Below, piece by piece: positions 10,875 to 17,912 of a DNA stretch of 64,000 bases. The translations under genes and the position numbers were made by a program. The stretch's first letter is position 1. The number at the start of each line of letters is the position of its first letter. The notes below the pieces were generated by a model. That model did no database searches and was not told the DNA's origin. It saw only the letters and a program-made list of their open reading frames with translations. Origin of the DNA: Parcubacteria group bacterium (GTDB lineage: Bacteria > Patescibacteriota > Minisyncoccia > Moranbacterales > UBA11712); the NCBI GenBank assembly GCA_041659685.1, contig JBAZXV010000006.1:2032-66031 (forward strand). Reading direction: 5' to 3'.

Positions 10875-11465
10875 ATGAAAAAATTTTTTATTTTAGTTCT
10901 CTCTCTCGCCTCCCTTTTCGCGGTTTCGAAAGGCATTTTTGCCGCTTCTATGGATTTTTCCGAAAATATCCAGACCGTAAAGACGCTTGACGAGCTTTTG
11001 ACCAGCACGTCGGGTTATCTCAACGTTGTGGCCGGAACGATTGCGGTAGTCTTTATTATCATCGGGGCGTCTTTCTATGCCGTGGCCGCTTTTGGAAAAA
11101 AAGATATGACCGATCTCGGAAGAAAAATCATAATCGTCGCGGTCGGAGGATTTGCAGTGGTTGTCGGAGCGCCGGTAATCTATAAGGAAATAATGAACAT
11201 TCTCAACGGTGATCCTTCCAGTGTGGCAGAAAGTTCTTCCATGGCGAAGATACTCCTGAGGACTCTGGAGGGATTTGCCTATTTAGTGGGACTTTACGCG
11301 ATAATGGGTTTTCTTATCGGCGGAATCACCTATTTTATATCCTTCGGGGATGAAACAAGAAACGAGCGGGCAAAAAAAATTCTGAAGTTCACGCTTATTG
11401 GAAGTTTAATCGCAATCGGTTCAATGGTTATCGCAAAACAGATAGTAACCTTGCTTGGCGGATGA
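10875..11465 (+). CDS. VirB2/TrbC-like pilin family protein with two tandem pilin modules
   Basis: Signal peptide MKKFFILVLSLASLFAVSKGIFA. Two modules of hydrophobic helix, short charged loop, hydrophobic helix (AGTIAVVFIIIGASFYAVAAFGKKDMTDLGRKIIIVAVGGF... and ...GGITYFISFGDETRNERAKKILKFTLIGSLIAIG...). The ATG at 10875 is preferred over the upstream ORF-track start. Confidence 0.5.
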   Translation: MKKFFILVLSLASLFAVSKGIFAASMDFSENIQTVKTLDELLTSTSGYLNVVAGTIAVVFIIIGASFYAVAAFGKKDMTDLGRKIIIVAVGGFAVVVGAPVIYKEIMNILNGDPSSVAESSSMAKILLRTLEGFAYLVGLYAIMGFLIGGITYFISFGDETRNERAKKILKFTLIGSLIAIGSMVIAKQIVTLLGG

Positions 11466-11496
11466 CTCGAATTGAATAACGGATAAAATTAAAGAA

Positions 11497-12276
11497 ATGA
11501 AAACGAGAAAAAAAATAATTTTATTTTTTCTGGCGGCGCTTATATTCGGAGCACTTGCCTTTTCCGGCAATGAATCCCTGGCTGCAAATTGCGCCTATAA
11601 TTGTTTTCCTTCGGTTTGTCCGGAGGGAACGAGCGGAATTTCAGGAGAATGCAAAGACAAAGACGGGTATGTCTGTTGCGCGGGAAGCCCGACTGGTTAC
11701 GTCGGGGATCCGCTTTCAGGTTTTAATCCCAATGCCTCATCGGGATCTTCCGGCGCAAACAGCGACACTGGCGTGATAAATCCAATAAGCGCCAATTCTT
11801 TTTCGGATCTTTTCCAAAGCGCAATGAATTATTTTAAGACTATTGCCGGAACCGTGGCGGTTCTTTTTATAATACTGGGCGGAGTAATGTATATGGCATC
11901 CGGCGGAAATTCCGGGATGACGGAACGGGCAAAAAATACTCTCATATACGCAATGGTAGGGCTGGTGGTCGTGGTGGCCGCTCCCCTCTTTCTTTCTGAC
12001 ATCCTGCTTGTTCTTAAGGGCAGCGGCGGAGGCGGCGGTTCAAGTCTTCTTACGATCGTAACAAATGTTCTCAAGGTTCTTTTGGCATGCGTCGGAATTT
12101 TTGGTATACTGGGAATATTGAACGGATCAGTCATCATGTTTATTTCTTCGGGGGATGAGAAAACGATCGAAATGGGAAGAAACGCGGTTAAGTATTCGCT
12201 CATCGCCATCGCTCTCTCGGCCGGCTCCCTGATTCTGGTGCAGACATTCATGGCCATGATACTGGTTAAGGACTAA
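11497..12276 (+). CDS. VirB2/TrbC-like pilin family protein with a Cys-rich N-terminal domain and two pilin modules
   Basis: 259 aa; signal peptide; Cys-rich segment NCAYNCFPSVCPEGTSGISGECKDKDGYVCCAG. Two hydrophobic hairpin modules (AGTVAVLFIILGGVMYMASGGNSGMTERAKNTLIYAMVGLVVVV and ...IMFISSGDEKTIEMGRNAVKYSLIAIALSAG...); internal Gly-rich linker. Confidence 0.5.
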   Translation: MKTRKKIILFFLAALIFGALAFSGNESLAANCAYNCFPSVCPEGTSGISGECKDKDGYVCCAGSPTGYVGDPLSGFNPNASSGSSGANSDTGVINPISANSFSDLFQSAMNYFKTIAGTVAVLFIILGGVMYMASGGNSGMTERAKNTLIYAMVGLVVVVAAPLFLSDILLVLKGSGGGGGSSLLTIVTNVLKVLLACVGIFGILGILNGSVIMFISSGDEKTIEMGRNAVKYSLIAIALSAGSLILVQTFMAMILVKD

Positions 12277-12369
12277 GAACGGGTGTTTCCCGTTTTGGCC
12301 GCAAAATAAAAACAGACATCGGAAAGTTAATTTATATATTTTTTATAATTATTGAAAGGAGGTGACGAT

Positions 12370-12723
12370 ATGAATAAAATAAAGTCAGTTATTAGAAAAA
12401 TCGGAATTGGAGCGGTAGTGATTCCCTTTACGGCCCTGGCTCAGTTTCAGCCTCCTTCCGGAACGAATCTTCCGCAATCTTCTATTTATGACATCATCAG
12501 AGGCGTTATGATGTGGGTGTTGGGACTTCTCGGTTTTTTCGCGGTTATCGGTTTTGTGATCAGCGGTATAATGTATCTTGTGGCGGCTGGAGACGAGGAT
12601 TCGCAAAAAAAGGCGAAGAAAGCCATGTATTATTCCATAACCGGGGTGATTGTCGGTTTGGTTGGTCTGGTTGTGATATATGCCGTCAACAAATTGCTGG
12701 GAACAACGTCAACTCAGTTCTAA
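12370..12723 (+). CDS. VirB2/TrbC-like pilin family protein (single module)
   Basis: SD AAGGAGGTGA 5 nt before the ATG at 12370 (the ORF-track TTG start at 12352 overlaps the SD). Signal peptide, then ISGIMYLVAAGDEDSQKKAKKAMYYSITGVIVGLVGLVVIYAVN. Confidence 0.55.
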   Translation: MNKIKSVIRKIGIGAVVIPFTALAQFQPPSGTNLPQSSIYDIIRGVMMWVLGLLGFFAVIGFVISGIMYLVAAGDEDSQKKAKKAMYYSITGVIVGLVGLVVIYAVNKLLGTTSTQF

Positions 12724-12900
12724 GGCGCGTTATATTGCCGATACTATCATTAGCGGCTCTCGACAAGAGGGTCGCTTTTCTATTTCCTGACTGAAAATAT
12801 CGATTTGGGATAAAATCCGGACTATTTCCAGTTTTTAAAATGTATTATATAATCAGGTTGGGAGAATTCTTCGCGAAATAATCAATCTAAGAGAAATAAA

Positions 12901-13269
12901 ATGAAAAACAAAATTGAAAAAACGCTTGCTTTGACAGTAGGTTTCGTTGGAAGTGTCAGCGCCGCTTTTGCTGCTCCAAGCGGATGGAGCACCTCGAATT
13001 ATTCCGGCATGGGTCTTCCGGGCGGATCTATTTATAATATAATCAGCAATACAGTGATGTGGGTTCTGGGTATTTTCGGTTTTATTGCCATAATCGGTTT
13101 TGTGATCAGCGGTATAATGTATCTCACGTCCGCCGGAGACGATGCCGCCATGAAAAAAGCTAAAAATCAGATGACCTGGTCCATAATCGGAGTCGTTGTC
13201 GGATTGGTCGGATATATAGTCATATATGCGGTTAATTCCATGCTCGGCGGGATATCCACCAGTTTCTAG
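12901..13269 (+). CDS. VirB2/TrbC-like pilin family protein (single module)
   Basis: 122 aa; signal peptide; ISGIMYLTSAGDDAAMKKAKNQMTWSIIGVVVGLVGYIVIYAVN, near-identical core to the next paralog. Confidence 0.55.
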   Translation: MKNKIEKTLALTVGFVGSVSAAFAAPSGWSTSNYSGMGLPGGSIYNIISNTVMWVLGIFGFIAIIGFVISGIMYLTSAGDDAAMKKAKNQMTWSIIGVVVGLVGYIVIYAVNSMLGGISTSF

Positions 13270-13294
13270 AAAAATTAATTAATCAGCCAGCAAA

Positions 13295-13648
13295 ATGAAA
13301 AAAACAAAGGGAGTCATTTTTTGCGCGTTAGTCATTTTTTTATTTTTCTTTATCGGAAAAGCCTCTGCTGACGGAGTACTTCTTCCGGATGTCGGGCTTC
13401 CCAGCAAGGGACTCCCGGATATTATCGAAGGTCTCGTTAAATGGCTTTTGGGAGTTTTCGGTTTTCTGGCGATTCTCTCCTTTATTATCAGCGGAGCGAT
13501 GTATTTTTTTTCCGCCGGAGACGATGCCGCCATGAAAAAAGCCAAAAATCAGATGAAGTGGTCCATAATCGGCGTTGTTGTCGGTTTGATGGGATATGTC
13601 GCTATTGCGGCCGTCGATTCGGCATTGCGGGGGAACGGCTTGGGATAA
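13295..13648 (+). CDS. VirB2/TrbC-like pilin family protein (single module)
   Basis: 117 aa; signal peptide; ISGAMYFFSAGDDAAMKKAKNQMKWSIIGVVVGLMGYVAIAAVD. About 85-90 percent nt identity to the preceding gene over ~100 bp, indicating a recent tandem duplication. Confidence 0.55.
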   Translation: MKKTKGVIFCALVIFLFFFIGKASADGVLLPDVGLPSKGLPDIIEGLVKWLLGVFGFLAILSFIISGAMYFFSAGDDAAMKKAKNQMKWSIIGVVVGLMGYVAIAAVDSALRGNGLG

Positions 13649-13748
13649 GAGTCAGCGGGCAAAAGGCGGATAAACAGAGCAACGCTTTTCCGGGCGTTGC
13701 AATTTTTTCTCCAAGCTGATATCATTTTTCATTGTCAGCGCGAAAAAT

Positions 13749-13829
13749 GCCGGGGTGGTGGAATGGCAGACACACTAGCCTTAGGAGCTAGCGGGGCAAC
13801 CCATGGAGGTTCGAGTCCTCTCCCCGGCA
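13749..13829 (+). tRNA. tRNA-Leu (anticodon UAG)
   Basis: Manual cloverleaf: acceptor GCCGGGG/CCCCGGC; anticodon stem CTAGC/GCTAG with loop CTTAGGA; long variable arm; T-arm GGAGGTTCGAGTCCTCT; discriminator A. Confidence 0.8.
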
Positions 13830-13831
13830 CG

Positions 13832-14515
13832 ATGATAAATATTGTTTTCCAAAGCGAAGATTTGATAGCTGTTGATAAGCCGGCCGGCTTAACCGTACAC
13901 GTCGGTGCCGGAGCAAAGGAAGAAACACTGGTTGATTTCCTGAAGGAAAAATTTCCGGAGATAAAAAATGTCGGAGATGATCCCGATGTTCGTCCGGGAA
14001 TCGTGCACAGACTCGACAAAGACACGTCCGGGATTATGCTGGTTGCCAGGAACCAAAAATCCTTTGAATACCTGAAGGAGCTTTTCAAAAATCGCCGGAT
14101 AACAAAAAAATATTTGGCCCTTGTTTACGGGAAAATGACTCATGCAGAGGGAAAAATCGAGGGAGAGATGGGAAGATCAAGGCGGGATTTCCGAAAACAA
14201 GCGTTAGTCCGGGGAAAGATAGACGTCAGAAAAGAGAGGTATTCCCTGTCTTACTATAAGCTCCTTCAGGAGCTTAACGAAAATTCTTTACTGGAGGTTA
14301 GCCCTAAGACCGGTCGGATGCATCAGATTAGGGTCCATCTTCACTCTATCGGGCATCCGATCGTCGGAGACAAAAAATATACCTTCAAGAAATATAAAAA
14401 TCGGGAAGATATCAGGATGTTTCTTCATGCAAGCGAAATATCCTTAACTCTGCAAAATGGCGAAAAAATCACCTTAAGAAGCGAATTACCCCAGGAGTTT
14501 AGTGGCTTATCTTGA
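13832..14515 (+). CDS. RluA-family pseudouridine synthase
   Basis: Motif HRLDKDTSGIMLVARN with catalytic Asp. True start is the ATG at 13832 immediately after the tRNA; the ORF-track start at 13697 reads through tRNA-Leu. Confidence 0.8.
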   Translation: MINIVFQSEDLIAVDKPAGLTVHVGAGAKEETLVDFLKEKFPEIKNVGDDPDVRPGIVHRLDKDTSGIMLVARNQKSFEYLKELFKNRRITKKYLALVYGKMTHAEGKIEGEMGRSRRDFRKQALVRGKIDVRKERYSLSYYKLLQELNENSLLEVSPKTGRMHQIRVHLHSIGHPIVGDKKYTFKKYKNREDIRMFLHASEISLTLQNGEKITLRSELPQEFSGLS

Positions 14516-14624
14516 CTTCTTGAGCGAATAATTATAAGATAAATAGGCTTTTAGGAGTCATTTTTTTATTTATGGGCTTCGCTCTAAATGTATTTTCGGG
14601 CGGAATGCCATATATTGTTCAACA

Positions 14625-15146
14625 ATGGAAAAGAAGAAGGCGACAACTAGCGAAGCGGAAAAGCTAGTAAAATTCAATGAAAAAGTTCGAAAATCGGCAA
14701 AGCGTCCGGATCTTCGAGCTGGCGATATCGTAAAAATTCACCGCAAAATTAAGGAAGGCAATAAGGAGCGAGTCCAGGTTTTTGAAGGAATTGTTGTCTC
14801 TATAAAGGGCAAGCAAAGCTCCTCGCCGATGGTAACGGTAAGAAAAATATCTTTCGGAGTCGGGATTGAAATAACTGTTCCTTTGTACTCCCCGGTAATT
14901 TCGAAAATTGAAGCGGTAAAAAGAGCTCAAACGAGGCAATCCAAGCTTTATTATCTTAGAAAGAGAGATTTTCGTCTGTCAAAATTAAAAATGAAAGAAC
15001 TGGATAAATTCGTAGCCAAGGAAGAAGAAATACCTGTTGAGGAAGAAGTATCTTTGGATAGCAATATTAGCGACACGGAAAAAAAGAACAATCCCTTGCC
15101 TGAAGAAGGGAAAAAAGAAGAAGATTCCGGAAAGCATGAAGAATAG
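14625..15146 (+). CDS. rplS: 50S ribosomal protein L19 with K/E-rich C-terminal extension
   Basis: RAGDIVKIHRKIKEGNKERVQVFEGIVVSIKG matches the L19 core; about 55 aa acidic/basic tail. Confidence 0.85.
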   Translation: MEKKKATTSEAEKLVKFNEKVRKSAKRPDLRAGDIVKIHRKIKEGNKERVQVFEGIVVSIKGKQSSSPMVTVRKISFGVGIEITVPLYSPVISKIEAVKRAQTRQSKLYYLRKRDFRLSKLKMKELDKFVAKEEEIPVEEEVSLDSNISDTEKKNNPLPEEGKKEEDSGKHEE

Positions 15147-15173
15147 CCAAAAATTAGAGTGGAAAAATTTTAA

Positions 15174-15257
15174 GCCGTGGTGCCGGAATCGGTAGACGGG
15201 CCAGCTTGAGGGGCTGGTGTCCATAAGGACGTGGGAGTTCGAGTCTCCCCCACGGCA
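15174..15257 (+). tRNA. tRNA-Leu (anticodon GAG)
   Basis: Acceptor GCCGTGG/CCACGGC; anticodon stem CCAGC/GCTGG with loop TTGAGGG; long variable arm; T-loop TTCGAGT. Confidence 0.8.
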
Positions 15258-15259
15258 CC

Positions 15260-15333
15260 TCGAACGGGAAAGGGGTCGGGAAAACGGGAGTTTCCCCGTG
15301 GCGGAAGAATTGAAACCGAGGGGTTTCAAAGAG
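15260..15333 (+). repeat. tRNA-associated ~74-bp repeat, copy 1 (TCGAACGGGAAAGGGGTCGGGAAAACGGGAGTTTCCCCGTGGCGGAAGAATTGAAACCGAGGGGTTTCAAAGAG)
   Basis: Starts 2 nt after the tRNA-Leu discriminator; contains an 8-bp hairpin TTGAAACC-GAGG-GGTTTCAA. It is followed at 15351-15370 by a duplicated 3' fragment of tRNA-Leu (GAGAGTCTCCCCCACGGCAC). Confidence 0.85.
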
Positions 15334-15371
15334 GCGTGAAGCGACGAAGTGAGAGTCTCCCCCACGGCACC

Positions 15372-15405
15372 TCGAACGGGAAAGGGGTCGGGAAAACGGG
15401 AGTTT
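15372..15405 (+). repeat. tRNA-associated repeat, truncated copy 2
   Basis: Identical first ~33 nt (TCGAACGGGAAAGGGGTCGGGAAAACGGGAGTT), then diverges; follows the duplicated tRNA-Leu 3' fragment. Confidence 0.7.
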
Positions 15406-15483
15406 TACCTCGGAGAAAGGTATCTGAAAGGGAATATTGATAACAATATTTATTTTTTTGGACAGTATTTTGAATTAATAAGC

Positions 15484-15557
15484 GGGCGCGTAGCTCAGTT
15501 GGTTAGAGCATCTGTCTTACAAACAGAGGGTCAGAGGTTCGATTCCTCTCGCGCCCA
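15484..15557 (+). tRNA. tRNA-Val (anticodon UAC)
   Basis: GGGCGCGTAGCTCAGTTGGTTAGAGC...; anticodon stem TCTGT/ACAGA with loop CTTACAA; T-arm GGTTCGATTCC; acceptor 3' CGCGCCC-A. Confidence 0.85.
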
Positions 15558-15558
15558 C

Positions 15559-15632
15559 TCGAACGGGAAAGGGGTCGGGAAAACGGGAGTTTCCCCGTGG
15601 CGGAAGAATTGAAACCGAGGGGTTTCAAAGAG
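15559..15632 (+). repeat. tRNA-associated ~74-bp repeat, copy 3
   Basis: Identical to copy 1; followed at 15633-15663 by a duplicated 3' fragment of tRNA-Val (CGAGGTTCGATTCCTCTCGCGCCCAC). Confidence 0.85.
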
Positions 15633-15666
15633 CGCAGCGAGGTTCGATTCCTCTCGCGCCCACATT

Positions 15667-15705
15667 GCCGGGCTAGCTCAGTCCCGCCGGGGGCGGGCAG
15701 GGTCC
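15667..15705 (+). pseudogene. tRNA-like chimera: 5' acceptor/D-arm of tRNA-Phe fused to a CCCGCC...GGCGGGCAGGGTCC GC-hairpin module
   Basis: GCCGGGCTAGCTCAGT is identical to the tRNA-Phe 5' end, then CCCGCCGGGGGCGGGCAGGGTCC. No anticodon arm or T-arm. A related module occurs at 34967-35025. Confidence 0.5.
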
Positions 15706-15753
15706 GAGCAGAGGACTTGAGTTTAAAGTAAAATTAACATCCGAATAATTCTA

Positions 15754-15825
15754 GCCGGGCTAGCTCAGTGGTAGAGCAGAAGACTGAAAATCTTTGTGTG
15801 CCCAGTTCGATTCTGGGGCCCGGCA
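15754..15825 (+). tRNA. tRNA-Phe (anticodon GAA)
   Basis: GCCGGGCTAGCTCAGTGGTAGAGC; anticodon stem GAAGA/TCTTT with loop CTGAAAA; T-arm CCCAGTTCGATTCTGGG; discriminator A. Confidence 0.85.
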
Positions 15826-15840
15826 CAGTTAATGTAATCT

Positions 15841-15912
15841 GCGGGCGTCGTATAGTGGCCATTACACGGCCTTGCCAAGGCTGAAACGGCGGTTCGATTC
15901 CGCTCGCCCGCT
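15841..15912 (+). tRNA. tRNA-Gly (anticodon GCC)
   Basis: Acceptor GCGGGCG/CGCCCGC with discriminator U; anticodon stem CGGCC/GGCTG with loop TTGCCAA; T-loop TTCGATT. Confidence 0.8.
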
Positions 15913-15952
15913 CAGAAAACGAAAGAATCCCCCCCCCTGGGGGATTTTTTTG
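15913..15952 (+). terminator. Rho-independent terminator of the tRNA cluster
   Basis: AATCCCCC-CCCT-GGGGGATTTTTTTG; the stem includes a C9 homopolymer. Confidence 0.65.
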
Positions 15953-16172
15953 TTTGGTCGACCGTGAAAGGCTGAATCGGACAAGGGATAATTAACTAAC
16001 AATGCCTCCAGATAAACTTGAACCATGTCCGATAACAATCGCAAAATTATTGCATGATGAGAGCCTTAAATAAAAAATTGTTAAGACGGCAGCATGAATT
16101 AATTGTTTCCCGGCATCGCTTGCCGCAGGTTCCCTTTGTCCTGCCGTCCCGCATTCACGTTCCATTTTAGCG

Positions 16173-16201
16173 TTGACAAAATCTTTTTTGTCAGCTATAC
16201 T
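16173..16201 (+). promoter_or_regulatory. Sigma70-like promoter (TTGACA-17-TATACT)
   Basis: Exact consensus -35 with 17-nt spacer and near-consensus -10. Downstream is a small ORF (16303-16458, 51 aa) and then the 3D-domain gene. Confidence 0.45.
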
Positions 16202-16510
16202 ATTAGAGTGCCTTGAATGAGTCAGGCGCTCAAGAAGGGCAAAAAAACTACTTTCTGACAAAGTCGTTTTTTTATTTTTAAAATGCGTGAAAAAACAAAA
16301 TCATGTCTAAATTCGAGCTGCTGAAACAACTGGAATACCTCATTGCTTTCCAGTCTAACTGCCTCGCCGGCGGGGATTGGGAAAGTTTCGATAAGACCGA
16401 GGGTGAAATAAAGAGACTGGAGGAAAAAATCATTCACTGGGATGAAGATATTCCATAAAAAGACGTGAAACATTAGATTTTTTCTGTGAAACATTGAGAT
16501 CTTTCGATAC

Positions 16511-16539
16511 TTGACTTCGCACTCCAAAAATGCTATGAT
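16511..16539 (+). promoter_or_regulatory. Sigma70-like promoter (TTGACT-17-TATGAT) upstream of the 3D-domain protein gene
   Basis: Near-consensus boxes with 17-nt spacer about 110 nt upstream of the ATG at 16647. Confidence 0.45.
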
Positions 16540-16646
16540 TGTCCGTTAAGTCCTAAAAGGGCTTTTTTATTTTCTTTTAGAAGAATTGATTCCTAAAGGA
16601 AAAAAAGCCTGAATAAGGGTTTGACGTTAACAATTCATAACATTAA

Positions 16647-17219
16647 ATGCGTATTTTGGCCAGCACGATCCTGTTAAGCCTTGTCCTTAATTTCGCGATT
16701 ATTGCCAGGGCAAAAGCCGAAGAAGTTTCAAACCAAAATACAGAACAAAAACCAAAATATCAATCTGACGAAAGAATTGCGAATGGAGAAAAGGGGGATA
16801 CGCAACTTAAGATTGTTAAGATCGCCTCGGTTAATAACAGTTTTATCGCGCCGACATATATATCCGAAGGCTCTTCGAAAAATTATAGCAGACTGAAAAA
16901 AATAAGTCCGACAGCAACACGCAATATTCCTTCAGGGAGTTTTGTCATGAATGCCAGCGCCTATACGGCTTCGGCCGATGAGTGCGGGAAAAGTGATGGA
17001 ATTACTGCTTCCGGAGCGAGAGTACAATCCGGAAGAACCCTGGCTTGTCCTTCGGTCTACCGCTTCGGAACCAAGGTTGAAATTGAAGGAATGGGAACAT
17101 ATATCTGCGAAGATCGCGGAGGCGCCATCAAGGGAAACCACTTTGACATTTATATGAAGACAAAGAAAGAGGCTTTCTCTTTTGGCCGGAGGAATCTTGT
17201 AGCATCAGTTATCGAGTAA
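16647..17219 (+). CDS. 3D-domain (MltA/YabE-like) secreted protein
   Basis: 190 aa; signal peptide; C-terminal 3D-domain pattern with conserved Asp residues (ASAYTASADECGKSDGITASGARV...GTYICEDRGGAIKGNHFDIYM). Confidence 0.6.
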   Translation: MRILASTILLSLVLNFAIIARAKAEEVSNQNTEQKPKYQSDERIANGEKGDTQLKIVKIASVNNSFIAPTYISEGSSKNYSRLKKISPTATRNIPSGSFVMNASAYTASADECGKSDGITASGARVQSGRTLACPSVYRFGTKVEIEGMGTYICEDRGGAIKGNHFDIYMKTKKEAFSFGRRNLVASVIE

Positions 17220-17221
17220 AA

Positions 17222-17250
17222 AATACCCCCCGTTTATCGGGGGGTATTTT
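17222..17250. terminator. Bidirectional Rho-independent terminator between convergent genes
   Basis: ATACCCCCCG-TTTAT-CGGGGGGTAT flanked by A-run and T-run; lies between the 3D-domain gene (+) and clpP (-). Confidence 0.7.
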
Positions 17251-17264
17251 GCTGCTGCAGAAAA

Positions 17265-17852
17265 CTATTTGATTATCTTATCGATAATGCCGTAATCTTT
17301 CGCTTCTTCGGCGCTCATAAAATAGTCTCTTTCGGTATCCGTTTCCACTTTGCTTATTTTTTGGCTGGTATGCTTGGCCAAAATATCATTAAGTCTTTCC
17401 TTTACCTTAATAATGTGATTAGCGTGAATGGCGACATCGGTGGCTTGTCCCGAAGCCCCGCCCATTACCTGATGGATGAGAACCTCGCTGTTTGGAAGGC
17501 AGAATCGTTTTCCTTTTTTTCCGGCTGCCAGAAGAAGAGCGGCGCCGGAAGCGGCCAGGCCGATGCAAATAGTGGAAACATCGGCTTTGACATATTGCAT
17601 TGTGTCGTATATCGCAAGAGCCGAACTGACTTGTCCGCCGGGAGAGTTTACATAAAGTCTGATGTCTTCTTTATTGTCTTGGCTGTCAAGGAAAAGCAGC
17701 TGGGCGATCACGGCGTTGGCCGCATTATCTTCAATGGGGCCTCCAAGAAATATTATTCTTTCCTTCAAAAGCCTTGAGTATATATCGTAAGCCCTTTCTC
17801 CGTAGGCGGTTTTCTCTATAACTGTGGGAATAAGGATTTGATTTGTTGCCAT
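17265..17852 (-). CDS. clpP: ATP-dependent Clp protease proteolytic subunit
   Basis: 195 aa; active-site Ser region [14 protein letters not shown] and catalytic His (IHQVMGG) typical of ClpP. Confidence 0.9.
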   Translation of the reverse strand: MATNQILIPTVIEKTAYGERAYDIYSRLLKERIIFLGGPIEDNAANAVIAQLLFLDSQDNKEDIRLYVNSPGGQVSSALAIYDTMQYVKADVSTICIGLAASGAALLLAAGKKGKRFCLPNSEVLIHQVMGGASGQATDVAIHANHIIKVKERLNDILAKHTSQKISKVETDTERDYFMSAEEAKDYGIIDKIIK

Positions 17853-17912
17853 GTATATTTATGATAATGAGTTAATGTTGGATGATATTTATTTTTATAT
17901 TTTATCAGCATT

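Noticed and set aside
12352-12369. ORF-track start of the pilin gene at 12352 (MKGGDD...)
   Set aside because: That start is a TTG sitting on the Shine-Dalgarno AAGGAGGTGA. The ATG at 12370 with correct SD spacing is the real start.
15231-15612. ORF-track proteins 15231-15440 and 15349-15612 (RTGKGSGKREF... repeats)
   Set aside because: They are translations of the 74-bp tRNA-associated repeat and tRNA genes. Their repeated peptide just reflects the DNA repeat; not coding.
15260-15663. Possible CRISPR array (direct repeats with intervening unique sequence)
   Set aside because: Repeat unit is 74 bp, with only two to three copies per locus and irregular spacing. The spacers are tRNA genes or tRNA fragments. 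No cas genes nearby.
16303-16458. 51-aa small ORF downstream of a consensus promoter (MSKFELLKQLEYLIAFQSNCLAGGDWESFDKTEGEIKRLEEKIIHWDEDIP)
   Set aside because: Plausible small protein, but too short and motif-less to support as a feature. Kept only as a note.
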